Source of the DNA: Felis catus
Lineage: Eukaryota
Length of the DNA stretch: 64,000 nucleotides
Reading direction: 5' to 3'
Assembly: GCF_018350175.1 (NCBI RefSeq)
Contig: NC_058368.1
Location: 13,206,001-13,270,000 of the forward strand
Shown here in pieces: positions 1 through 11,925 of the stretch. The notes beneath the pieces were generated by a model that was given only the letters and a program-made list of their open reading frames with translations, was not told the origin of the DNA and ran no database searches. The first letter of the stretch is position 1, and every line of letters begins with the position of its first letter. A program made the position numbers and the translations under genes.

Positions 1-25
1 TTATTAGTGTCCTGGTGGTCTAAGG

Positions 26-460
26 CAGTGTCCCAAACTATGACTTGCAGGCCAATGCTGATCAATGGTCTGCTTTTATACAACCTGTGAGCTAAGAGTG
101 GTTTTTACATTTTTAAGTGATCATTAAAAAAACAACAACAGGGGCGCCTGGGTGGCGCAGTCGGTTAAGCATCCGACTTCAGCCAGGTCACGATCTCGCG
201 GTCCGTGAGTTCGAGCCCCGCGTCGGGCTCTGGGCTGACGGCTCAGAGCCTGGAGCCTGTTTCCGATTCTGTGTCTCCCTCTCTCTCTGCCCCTCCCCCG
301 TTCATGCTCTGTCGCTCTCTGTCCAAAAATAAATAAATGTTGAAAAAAAATTTAAAAAAACAACAACAAAGAATTTGTAACAGAAACTATATGTACCCAG
401 CAAAGCCTAAAGTATGTACTAGCTAGCTCTTTGTAGAAAAATTATGCTAACTTCTCCTCT
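26..460. mobile_element. hAT-Charlie MITE, MER58-like, split by a CanSINE
   Basis: 'gagctaagagtggtttttacattttt' and 'gcaaagcctaaagtatgtactagctagctctttgtagaaaaattatgctaac' resemble MER58; the ERV-L-like sequence continues on either side. Confidence 0.7.
141..351 (+). mobile_element. Young felid CanSINE (SINEC_Fc type)
   Basis: GGGGCGCCTGGGTGGCGCAGTCGGTTAAG head, B box GTTCGAGCC, (CT)n, AATAAA/A tail, CpGs largely intact; perfect TSD ttaaaaaaacaacaaca at 124-140 and 352-368. Confidence 0.97.
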
Positions 461-1799
461 AGGTCATGTTGAAATATCTTTCCTAGGTGAAGAACAAAGT
501 GCTGCATTTAGAGTCTCCTACTAGTAAGAGTGAGGCATGAACTATAGTGGGTCTCTTTGGATCATAAAGGCAATTGATACTTCAGTTGCTTCAAATTCAT
601 ACTTCAAATACTTCATTTGAATATGTTACTCTGATCCATTTACCAAGTGTCCAGAAAAGCTTCCATTTTTTAGCATGGCTCAGGAAAAGAGTAGGTTCTG
701 TAAAAGATCCAGTCTGCAGTGCAAATTGTTCTGTCACTCAGGACATATGACCCAGCAGATTCTATGGTGCTTAAAGCATCTGTGGCAGATAGAGATACTG
801 TTTAAACTTCTGGCAGGCTCTAATTGGAGAATTACAGTGTAGATCGTTGGATTTTGAAGTAAATTTGTGTCATCATTTGCAGAAAGCTACTCTTTAAAAA
901 TAGCTTCTGGCTTGTTAGTGGCCTGAATCCTTGACCATGGACTACCAAATTACCATGTGATCCAAGCTGCCCATCCTGAATGGATATTTCCTGATCCACC
1001 AACTCATAAACTTATGCATGCTTAGAAATCCTCAATTGTCAAATGAAAGTCATATTTGTAACAGTGAGCTCAGGAAGATCCTAACAACCATGAGCAAACA
1101 CCCAGTTTCCAAAGTACCTACTCCTGCTGTACTGCCTCCAATTTATACCTATGTCCTTATGTTTCCTATGACTAATAGAATGTAGAAGAAAAAAAAAACT
1201 TCAATCTGAGTTACAAATGATTCTGCATTATTTGCTGCTACCACCTAAAAGTAGATGGATATCTATAACTAGATGACTTTGAAGGACAATGGTGAAGGAA
1301 AATTCTCCCAGTGGGCAGAACTATGAGCAATGCATTTGATTTAAGTTTTTCTGGTAAGAGATATAGACAGAAGTGCAGATAATCATTGTTTCATGGGCTT
1401 TGGCTTCATGGTTTGGTTTCATAGTTAGGGATTTAGAATGATTAAAACATTAGTGATGATGAGGTCTAGAAAAGACGTATGTGGATTGGCATATCCTAGG
1501 GCACAGAGTATGATAATACTTATGTCACATGTGAGTACTCATAAAAGCCAACTCAGAAGAGAAGGACCTTAATAATAAGGTGAACACCAGTCAGCTTCTT
1601 TTCCTATCTGACCTAGAAGTTGAGACTGCCGCCTGGCCACTTTGGGCTCTTACTGACATTGAATAAATAGGACAGAAATTCCTATAGTAACTGTGGTGAT
1701 TGATCCTGGCTATGAAAGGGAAATTGGGTTGCTATCATGCAAAGGAGATTTTAAAAAAAAGTGTGTTTTTAAAAGGAGGAAATCATCTGGTCTGGCTTC

Positions 1800-2390
1800 A
1801 TAGTCCTCCCCTGATAAAAGCAAACAGATCCACGCAGACATTTGTCCATGAATGTCCACAACAGCATTATTAATAGTAGTCAAAGGTGGAAACAAATTAC
1901 ATGTCCATTAACTGATGAATGGATAAACAAAATGTGGTGTATCTTGGTATATTCCATACCGATTGGAATAGTATTCAGGTGTGTAGGCATAAAGAAGAAT
2001 ATGGTACTAATACATGCTACAACATGGATGAATCTTGAGAATATTATGCCAAGTGAAAGAAGACAGACAAAAAAAACAAACAAACAAACATCCCATACGT
2101 GACTCCATTTGTATGAAATGTCCAGAATAGGCAAATCTCTAGAGAAAGTATGTTAGCAGTTATCTAGGCTGGGGAGGCTTGGGATAAGTGGAGGGAGGGG
2201 TGGTGGTGTGTGTGACTGCTGATAAATGCAAGATTTCTTTTTTGGGTGATGAATATGTTCTAAAATTGATTATGATGTTTGGTGTACAACTCTGTGAGTA
2301 TATTAAAAACCACACTGAATTGTACATTTTAAATGAGTGAATTGTGTGGTACATGGATTATATCTTAATAAAGCTCTTTAAAAAAAAAAG
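1800..2390 (+). mobile_element. Old L1 3' end (L1MB-like; ORF2 C-terminus plus 3'UTR) inserted in the ERV-L
   Basis: ORF 1842-2102 contains WKQ..CP.TDEWINKMW and HATTWMNLENIM; ends in aataaag plus an A-run at ~2368-2389. Confidence 0.88.
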
Positions 2391-2545
2391 CCAGTGGAAA
2401 ACTACAGCAATTCAGTTGAGACTCCTGATGGTTAACAGCTTCAGGCCCTATAAAAGTGAAAGTTTGGGTCACCTTATCAGGCAAAGCACTCCGATTAATT
2501 TGCCACGGCAATTTGCTTTATGGCAAAAAGAAAATATGGGTTACT
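2391..2545 (+). mobile_element. ERV-L internal sequence resuming after the L1
   Basis: GKLQQ and KVWVT.SGK resemble the ERV-L region downstream of dUTPase. Confidence 0.7.
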
Positions 2546-2599
2546 TTCTTTTGTTGCTCAGGTTGCTCTAGCGTTGGCCATTGTAACTTTTCCAACCCT

Positions 2600-4050
2600 C
2601 CATCTTTATGTTTTTTGCGCTGTGTCTTACTTCCGGACATGAGATGCTCAGGCTCCTCTTGTACTTTCTGTGCCATTTTCATTTAATCGAATTGCTGATA
2701 TGATTGGGTTTATGTCTGCTATCCTGATATTTGCTTTATATGTTCTCATCTGCTTTGTGTCATTTATTTTCTCTTTCTTACTTGCTTTAGGATTTAACAA
2801 TTTTTTTTATTATTTTTCTTCTCTATTAGCTCTTCAGTTATATCATCTGCTATTATTATTTTATTGGTTGTGCTTGAAATTATAATACATATCTGATTCA
2901 TTATAGTCTTTTTAAAATTAGTACTTTACCATTTCTCAAACAATAAAAAGTTTACAAGAGTTATAATTTCTTTTACTGCTTCCCTCTCTTGTGGTATTTT
3001 TGTTATATATCCTACTTTTACATATGTTACAAATCATACAAGATATTATTGTTGTTTTTAAGAGTCAATGTTTATTTCTGTTTGCTGATGTATTTGCCCC
3101 TTCTAGTGTACTCCCTACCTTCTTACAGTCCCATGCTTCTATCTGGTAACATTTTTCTTCATTCTGAGGATTTTACTATATTATTTTTTGTGTGCACTCC
3201 TTCTGGCAACAGATTCTTTGAGTTTTTTTGTTAGTTTGCTTATAAGTTTAAAAACATCTTTATTTTGCCTTCAGTTCTGAAGAACACATTCTCCTAAGTA
3301 TAGAACGGTACGTCGACAGGTTTTCAAAATTTCAGTGTCATAAAGATGTCATCCTTTTGTCTTCTGACTTCATGGTAATTTAGTGTCCTTTACTTCTCTC
3401 AAGAATTATTTCTGTTTTATAATATTTTATAATATATTATAAAATTTTCATAATGTTTTAATATTTTTGGTCAGCTGTTACAGTTGTTTACATAGGATCC
3501 CAAATACTCCATTATAGCCAGAACTGAAACTCCTAGCTCTTTTTTCTTGTCTTTTGCATTGGTCATAACATAGGCCACTTCTGTAATAGAATACATATTT
3601 GTCCTGTTCCTAATCTTAAAAATGAATGTATTTAAAAATGCCTTCACTAATTATGATGTTTATTGGTATCCTTTATCAAGTGGAAGAAGTTTGCTTTTAT
3701 TTAGTCTTTCAGGGAATTATTTTTTTAAATCATAAATAGGTGTCAAAATCTATCAAGCACTTTTTTCAAATCTATTGAAACAATATGTGATTTTTCTCTT
3801 GTATTTTATTATTAGAGTAAATTTCATGATTGATTTTCTAGGGTTAAACAAGCCGTGTATTTCTCGGATTAACCATGCTGATGAATATACTTGATCATTA
3901 TATATTTGTTTTATAGATTTTTTTGGTTTATATTTACCTGGTTTATTTTTTCATTATTTAGTTTTATAATTTCTTTATCTTTTGTTTATATATGTCTCTG
4001 GTAAACAACATATTAATGGATTTTTTGAAGTCCAATCTGGAAAACTGTTA
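2600..4050 (-). mobile_element. Old L1 fragments (L1M/L1ME-like)
   Basis: T-rich antisense L1 motifs, e.g. 'aaacatctttattttgccttcagttctgaag' and 'aaatcataaataggtgtcaaaatctatcaagcactttttt'. Confidence 0.65.
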
Positions 4051-6064
4051 ACCCTATACTGTGAACATTGAAAGAATATCTTTTTGTTACTAGAACTCTT
4101 GGAAAGCAAACAGACTCTACTCCTCCCAATGAGGTCAGTAGACCTTAGGCCTCCAGAGATTTAGAAGTCTTCATCTTGAGCCTCAATAAAGGGCCACTTT
4201 CCCCCGAGGCTGCAAAGAACACTTTCTTCACCTGGAGATACAGGGAGAAGTTGTCTTAGACCTACCCTCCACTTTTCTTTATCATAGAAAAACTCATGAT
4301 TCAGAGTAGTTGAGAACCAAAAATTTAGGTTCCCATTTACTCAGAGTCCTCTAAATTTTTTAGAGATTTATATTATCTCCTAAATAGAAAATAATACTTG
4401 ATTAGTATATGAAATTTAGGAAATATTGGATATACAAAGAAGGCATTGAGAATACTTACAATGCATAGGTAATCAGTGTGTGTCACTTGCTTGGGGACCT
4501 GTGTGTCTTTTTTTTTTAACCAGAAGGTGTCAAGGAGAGGTTGCTAGGCAACAACTAAGACTTGTCTTCCTTTCTGCCTGAGTTTTGAAAGACTGCATTT
4601 GGCCAGTTAGGTCATCAGAAATAGCAACCAATTTCGTACAGGTCCAAGCAATGGACATCACATCAAGATTGCTGACTGACCACAATGATATAATACACTT
4701 TCCATTATGAGACATATCCCAATTTTAGAGATGCTAAAACATGAAAAAGAATGTGCTTTAGAATTGATGAAATACAGTCATACTTTTTAATTGAAAAGTA
4801 GCAGGTAGACTAGATGGCTGTATTTCCACCTCTCTCTTTCTCTCTCTCTCTCTCTCTCTGTCTCTTTAAATCAATTCATCCTTCTATTTTGTATACGAAG
4901 AGAAAAATGTCTTAATAATATCATGTTGGTAAAATTTGGATGGTTTTAAGTTCCCCTTTTACATTTTTAGCATACTGTGATTTTTAAATAGTAAATATAT
5001 AATTATGCAAAAATAATGACGGTCTTATTCTTAAATGCAGAACAATTAAGAAGCAATCAAAAAAATCTAGTAGCAATAAGGGAGAGGGAGACTATTGAAA
5101 AGTGAGCTATTTTTTTCTGGACTTTATTCCACTCTTGTTTATCAAATAGAAATGTTAGAAAAGTGCGTCATGTTCTTCAGCGACAGAAAACTATTCCTGT
5201 AAAGTGAAGTCCACCTCATGCTTGTCATCAGAAAGATCATTTACAGAGTTGGAAAGTCCAAGACGATGTTCTAGGAGTTAGGAAATATGGAGAAGGAAGA
5301 AAAAACTGACACATGAAAAAATATTTAATAATACAATTATACCACAATGCTCAACACATAAAATATGAAGTAAAAAAGATACAGGTTAGAGGGGAGATTT
5401 GGGAAGCTGGGACAAGAATTTCCTCAGCTCATTAAATCAACAACTCATTCCTGAAGTAAAGGAAAATTCATGGAATTAAAAAAAAAGAATGTCACAATTC
5501 TAATTAGTATCTTCAGATAGACACCATAGTTATTAGTGGGTTTTCCTTACTTATTTATTATCCTCCAACCTTCTAATTTTGAGAAGAAAATATTGTTAAC
5601 GACATAAACAAATTATCATCTTCCTCTCATAAATTCCCCACCCACCCACATGCACCCTACATTTTCCCCTCCACACTACCAGCCTTCCTTCCTTCCTTCT
5701 AAGGGTTCACTTATTCTCCGGCTGAGATTCTGATTTTTTTCACTGTCTTATAAAGTTATAAAGAAAATTTTACATGAAGAGTTCTAATATGACTTCTCTG
5801 GGTATCTTTATTGAGATTTGATTTGGAAAACACATTATCTTTTTTCAATTTTCTCCTCATACATTAAAGGAAGGTAGGTTTCTGTCTCCATTGAGAGTCT
5901 GAGTATATATACTTATATAATATAATGTTAGATTTATTTAAAAACATTGGGTATATGCATACTATGTGTTAAGAATAGGCTAATGTTTTATCTTTACTTT
6001 GTAGAAGTGGAAACATAGACTTAAACAGATTTAAAAAAAACAAAAACAAAAAAACTAGCTCAGT

Positions 6065-6430
6065 GTGGCAGAAACTACAAAAACTCACTGACGTCCATGT
6101 CCTCATGTATATTTTCCCAGCCTCCTTTGCAGTTAGGTTGGACATACAGTCTGATGAAAAGTGAGTACTTCTGGTCAATGATTACACATCTGAAGTGCCT
6201 TCCATCCACATGGGGTCTTCCCCTTCATTTGCCAGGTGAATGATGAGAGAGCATCCTTGCAGCCATTAGAAGGGAACAGTTTGGATCCCCGAGTCACTGC
6301 TTATAGGAAAGCTGCCCTACCTGCATTACCCTGTGATGGCAGCAAAAAATATACTTTTACTGTGTGAAGCCCTCGAGATTTAGGGAGTTATTTATCACCA
6401 ATACCAGTGTTAATGACTGTGACTAGTGTA
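6065..6430 (+). mobile_element. MaLR solo LTR (MLT1J-like)
   Basis: 'tttcccagcctcctttgcagttagg' and 3' end 'tactgtgtgaagccctcgagatttagggagttattt' typical of MLT1. Confidence 0.75.
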
Positions 6431-6619
6431 CCCACTATCACATAGCTAGTATCTATAGAAGGTGCAGAACAGGAACCCAGAACTCCTGGCTTCATTGTCT
6501 GTGCTCTTGGAGAGGAGCTACTGAATTCAGGAAAGAATGAAAAAGGAGGAGGAAGAAGAGCAGCGGCTCTCTGTGAAAAATGAAGCTAACCAGACCTGCC
6601 CTGGAATGGGAGTGAGATG

Positions 6620-6790
6620 CCGTGGCTAAGACAAAACTAGCTTGTCTACCTACCGCTTACTGCTGTGTTGTCATGAGCAACTGATTTACCCTTTCTGAGC
6701 CTAGGTCATCTTGCAAAATGAAGATAATAAGCACAGTAAGTGGCACACAGTAGATAAGTCAGTAGGCAAATATTATTTATTATAATTATC
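6620..6790 (+). mobile_element. MIR
   Basis: MIR core 'gagcaactgatttaccctttctgagcct...gcaaaatgaagataataa...tggcacacagtag'. Confidence 0.6.
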
Positions 6791-7815
6791 TACCTGTGAT
6801 AAAGTAAGGAAAATAGTGATTATAATATAAATTTATCATTCTTAATAATAACACATTGATGTTTATTTTGTGGTAAATAAGAAAATGAGTGAAAATGTCA
6901 TTATATGTGCAAATTAATTTTAAAAAGCCTAATTGAGAGAAATAGGGAGGTTTTTTTTTGTCTTTACCAAAAGCGACATAAAGCCTTGTAATAGCTACAC
7001 AAATTTAGATAATGTAATGAAATGAATGCATCTCACACTGGCATAATTGAGAGTCATTATTTTCAAAAGCAATAGGGCAATTATCAAATAGGAAAAATCT
7101 TAAAATTATTCTGCTACTCTATTGTAATATCAATATGGAATTTATGAAACATGGCCTTTTTAGGTGGCATTGGAACATTTGAGAATGTGGCTGTCAGAGT
7201 GGAGTACTTTTTAAGAGAGGCTTTAAAGAATTAGGATTCCAGAGATGTGTTCAAAATGCACATTAATCACTTGATATTCAACTTGTATTACCCTATGTTC
7301 ATAATAAGAAATGATTTGGAGTTCTGAAATACAAAGGTGCTTCATGGAATCTCATTTTACTTTCTGACTAATCACAGTGAGCCTGAAGCAATTTATTTTC
7401 TTTTACTTAGATAACCTCTGCTCTCAAGGCCTCAGCTGCAACATTTCAAAGGGGAGTGGAGAGGAAAGGTTACGGAGGTGCTGTTGTGGGAAGTGTGGTC
7501 TTCAGGCCATATGTGAGTCTCAGTCATGGAGAACTCTCGCTTAAAGCAGCCTGCTTGCATGATCTGGCCCCCAGTTCCAATTATGGCTTTTCTTAGTGAC
7601 TCTCCAGCTCAGTTACATTATCTAATCCCAATGTACTTACTCTTGACAGTCGGGGTTTGATGACTATGTTATCTGGGTCTAAAATGGGAACTCTTGAATT
7701 GCCACGTGTACATACTTGTGAGAACAATAGACTACAATATCTGAAATGTCGCAGTCCTGCAAAAATCTATATATTAGTTTCCTTAGGGATGGGTGAGTAT
7801 TGTCTTCATATTCTT

Positions 7816-8036
7816 TAATTTTTTTTGTTTTTACATTTGTTTATTTTTGAGAGTCAGAGAGAGACGGAGCACAAATGGGATAGGGGCAGAGAGAGAATGA
7901 GACACAGAATCCGAAGCAGACTCCAGGCTCTGAGCTGTCAGCACAGAACCCGATGTGGGGCTCGAACTCACAAACCATGAGATCATGACCTGAGCTGAAG
8001 CCAGACGCTTAAATGACTAAGCCACCCAGGGACCCC
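7816..8036 (-). mobile_element. CanSINE
   Basis: Antisense SINE body; TSD gtcttcatattctt at 7802-7815 and 8038-8051. Confidence 0.96.
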
Positions 8037-8059
8037 GGTCTTCATATTCTTAACCTGTA

Positions 8060-8560
8060 GTCCGTTGGGTTTGTGTTTATCTGTACTGGGACTTGGACCT
8101 CAGCTGTTAGAACTGCTACTTGTGCGTCTAAGTGTCCTAGGAAGAACCTATTGGTTTCCAAGAAAATGATACCTTGAACTATATGGTTTTGATATTCATT
8201 ATTATCTTGAATATTTCTTGGTGTTAGATTTCTCATTTGTAAACCATATACAACAATACCAGCAACGGGGTCAAAATTTGCATACTACATATTGGGAGTA
8301 CGAAAAATGTAGGTTCTTTGTTTTCCAAATCCAATTTTATCTTGCTCTGGATTCTACAATCTTCCTGCTATCAGAAAAAAGAAGTACTAAACTTTCTCAC
8401 TAATGATAAATTCATCTCTTCCAGTCTACAATATTCTTTCCAGCTAACTCAGTCTCTTTTGGATAGATATTCAGACGATTATCCATCGTTTGAACCCTCC
8501 AAAAGAGCTGTTGCTCTTCACTCAAGTTTTCTGTCTCTACTTTCTTTCCAAGGTACCATC
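8060..8560 (-). mobile_element. Possible ancient L1/HAL1 ORF1-like fragment
   Basis: Minus strand is A-rich with a degenerate coiled-coil-like translation (ENLSEEQQL...DNRLN); weak resemblance only. Confidence 0.3.
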
Positions 8561-8579
8561 TGGGTGACAGGGGACATTT

Positions 8580-9090
8580 GTATGTTCTGAAAGACTGACT
8601 ATCCAAACAGATAATGACCAGACCATATATTAACGATAGAACTCTGAACAACCACCTGCAGCAACTTGCCCAGGAAACCAACTCTTTGTCTACAATAAAC
8701 AACTCAGGAAATCAGCTTGTTGTAAGTCAGACTTGCAGGGAGCCCCATTGTTCACAATCCACCACAAATGGCCAGGACTTGACTAATAACTGATAGCTTC
8801 CTTAATTTTTGTCCCTATTTCAAATTTGGGACCAAATAAAGAAAACCAAATATGTACCACATAGGATGCCTCTTTTCTAGTTAGCCCACCTACCACTTCC
8901 CCATGCCAATCATCTCCAATCAGGGGACACCTGAAAGACTTCCCTTTCTGCCACTATAAAGCTTTCCTATTTCTTTGCCTGCTGTTGAGTCTGCGCCAAA
9001 GTCCAGGTGGCAGTGGCTAACTCCCTTGCCATAGCAATCTCTGAACAATTAGCATTTGCTTTTCTCATTTAGCTAGTCTTTATTTCCATA
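8580..9090 (+). mobile_element. ERV solo LTR (family not assigned)
   Basis: CCAAT (~8916), TATA-like ctataaa (~8954), and a 3' end 'ctcccttgccatagcaatctctgaacaattagc...tttatttccata' resembling eutherian MER-type LTRs. Confidence 0.65.
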
Positions 9091-10332
9091 CTTCCCATAG
9101 CACCAGTGGGGAGCAACCAATCTCATGGCGTCCTTTCTGTAGGCACCCACTGACCTGCCGAGACACAATGGATGTCTCTGGGCATTGTTCTTATTCTAGC
9201 TGCCTTTGCCAATAAAGTACCTGTGACTGGTATACCTGTAGTCTATCCACTTGTCATGGTGGGCCCCCCTGACCCTGAATCTAAGTTGGCCTCATCTTGG
9301 CCTTCTTGGTGTGAAGATCTTTGAAATCTTAGTGGAATACTCTATCTAGTCCCTGCCTAGGCTGTGGGGCCCATAGTCTCTGCTATAGGGTTTCTCACTA
9401 CTTGCCTCAGTGACTCTTTCCAGACAAGTTTGGCTCTTAACTGTCAGCTAATTCCCCACAATCCCTAACATGTGTGTCTGTTCCATAGGAGATAAGATGG
9501 ACAGGGGGAGTTTTCCTGCCCTCTGTCTGCCCAAACACACTATACCACTGTTTTATTCTGTTGTGCTGCCATGTTAGAGGGTACCCTGCTAAGCAGTTTC
9601 TAAATAGTCAGTGGGCAAGGGTCCCCTTTACTTTGTTGCCTCTTTTACTATCTGGGCTCCTTCCCTTCCTTTACCTTTTCCATTGCTCTCATTCTGAAGA
9701 TCAGGTCCAGGAAGGTTGATCTACTACTTTCCTGAGACCCAGGTTACGCTTCTCCCTTCCTTTGTGGTTTGCAAACCTCTTCTCTCCCTTGTACAGTCAG
9801 CCTGGTAAGATCTTCCCCCTCTGTTATATCCTCATTTTTCCCACCTTGTGAACTTTTTACCTCTAGGTTGTTCATTTACTTCTTTTCCTTGAAGTCAGTA
9901 GGCCTTATGATTAGCTTTAATAATGGAAGGAGTGCAGAGAAATAAACCAGTCTACAGGTAAGGAAAAAGACACCAGAAAATTGTTTAAAACCTTATCCCA
10001 TCACCTACCACTTCTGATTACTCCATAGTGTTGAAATAAAGAACTGCGATAAAGTATGAGGAAATACTTTGTGATTATAAAGGGTGGGCAAACAAGAATT
10101 GTTGTCATTATTTGAATCAGAATTTGGCTACTCAGTCTTGTCATTAAAAGTAGTTTGTTTCCTTGCTTATCTAAAAGGGGTTCTTTTATTTTTCCTGTTG
10201 TTTTTAAGGAGAAAGAGTTCACTTTAAACTTTGATTTTTTTTTCTTCTAAGCTAGTCAGTGGTGTGTTTATACAACTTTTCTTGTCTATTTTTATTTTTC
10301 CCAATAAAAACAAGAAATGTGAATTCTAAAGT

Positions 10333-10336
<4 letters not shown>

Positions 10337-10377
<41 letters not shown>
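10337..10377. repeat. (TA)n microsatellite
   Basis: About 20 perfect units. Confidence 0.98.
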
Positions 10378-10379
<2 letters not shown>

Positions 10380-11925
10380 ACCCCTTGTTTATCCATTTGG
10401 CAGTCGATGGGCATTTGGGCTCTTTCCATAATTTGGCTATTACTGATAGCACCACTATAAACCTTGAGGTGTATATGCCCCTTCAAATCAATATTTTTCT
10501 ATTCTTTGGGTAAATACCTAGAAGTGCAATTGCTAGATAATAGGATAGCTCTATTTTTAATTTTTTGAGGAACCTCCATAGTGTTCTCCAGAGTGGCTGC
10601 ACCAATCTGCATTCCCACCAGTAGTGCAAAAACGTTTCCTTTTCTCCACCTCCTTGCCAACATATGCTGTTTCCTGAGTTGTTAATTTTAGCAATTCTGA
10701 CAGGTATGAGGTGATATCTCATTGTGGTTTTGTTTTGTTTCTCTGATAATGAGTGATGTTGAGCATCTTTTCATGTGTCTGTTAGCTATCTGGATGTCTT
10801 CATTTGAAAACTGTCAATTCATGTTTTTTGCCCATTTCTTCACTGTATTACTTGTTTTTTGGGTATTGATTTTGGTAAGTTCCTTATAGATTTTGGACAG
10901 TAACCCTTTGTCCAATATGTCATTTGAAAATATCTTCTCCCATTCCATCAGTTGCCTTTTAGTTTTGTTAATTTTTTCCTTCACTGTGTCAAAAGTTTTT
11001 AATCTTGATTCTCTATTATGGATTCTCTATTCCGTTCCACTGACCTATGTGTCTGTTTTTGTACTAGGACTACACTGTACTGATGATTACAGCTTTGTAA
11101 TACAGTTTGAAGTCTGGAATTGTGATGCCTTCAGCTTTGGTTTTCTTTTTCAACATTACTTTGGCTATTTGGGGTCTTTTCTGGTTCCATACAAATTTTA
11201 GAATTTTTTGTTCTAGCTCTGTGAAGAATGATGGTGTTATTTTGATATGGATTGCAATGGATGCATAGATTGCTTTGGGTAGTATCAACATTTTAACAAT
11301 ATTTGTTCTTCCAATCCATGAGCATGGAATATTTTTCCATTTTTTTTTTGTGTCTTCTTCAGTTGCTTTCGTAAGTTTTTTATAGTTTTCAGTGTACAGA
11401 TCTTTTACCTCTTTGGTTAGGTTTATTCCTAAATATTTTATGGTTTTTGGTGCAATTGTAAATGGGATCAATTCCTTGATTTCTCATTCTGCTGTATTAT
11501 TGGTGTGTAGAAATGCAACCAATTTCGGTACATTGATTTTATATCCTGTGACTTTGCTGAATTCGTGTATCAATTCTAGCAGTTTTGGGGTGGAGTCTTT
11601 CAGCTTATGTCATCTGCAAAGAGTGAAAGTTTGACTTGCTGATTTGGATGCCTTTTATTTCTTTTTGTTGTATGATTGCTGAGGCTAAGACTTCCAACAC
11701 TATGTTGAACAACAGTAGTTGAGAGTGTACATCCCTGTCATGTTCCTGACCTTAGGAGGAAAGCTCTCAGGTTTTCCCCATTGAGGATGATATTAGCTGT
11801 GGGTCTTTCATACATGGCTTTTATCATCCTGAGGTATGTTCCCTCTATCTCTATTTTCTTAAGTCTTTTTATCAAGAAAGTTTGTCAAATGCTTTTTCTG
11901 TATCTATTGAGAGGATCATGTGGCT
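10378..11925 (-). mobile_element. Carnivore L1 fragment, ORF2 3' half; 5'-truncated, internally deleted, lacks 3'UTR
   Basis: ORFs 11070-11471 ([25 protein letters not shown]...IPCSWIGR), 10483-10722 (MRYHL.PVR...WWEC.LVQPLW) and 10252-10455 (WKEPKCPS) are L1 ORF2 pieces. Confidence 0.96.

Larger units (their letters stand above)
1..1745 (+). mobile_element. Decayed ERV-L internal sequence (pol: RT end/tether/RNase H, then dUTPase-like region); interrupted by a MER58-type element
   Basis: Degenerate translation resembles ERV-L Pol: YDPADSMVL..SVADRD (~746-797), KDNGEGKFSQWAEL (~1282-1323), LRLPPGHFGLL and VIDPGYE.EIGLL (~1620-1735). Many stops and frameshifts. Confidence 0.85.

Noticed and set aside
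141..225. tRNA-like A/B boxes
   Set aside because: Part of the tRNA-derived SINE head, not a tRNA gene.
117..332. Recurring ORF family (MAQSVK.../SLSPASGSVLTAQSLEPASDSVSPSLS) seen many times in the window
   Set aside because: Chance translation of CanSINE copies, not a paralogous gene family.
3424..3445. 22-bp perfect palindrome attttataatatattataaaat
   Set aside because: AT-only low complexity within an old repeat-rich region.
9095..9900. Possible ERV internal or protease-like sequence after the LTR (LDSGS-like motif on the minus strand)
   Set aside because: No primer-binding site or sustained homology visible; left unassigned.
11070..11471. 133-aa ORF resembling a reverse-transcriptase protein region
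   Set aside because: Fragment of a broken L1 ORF2, not a host gene or novel RT system.
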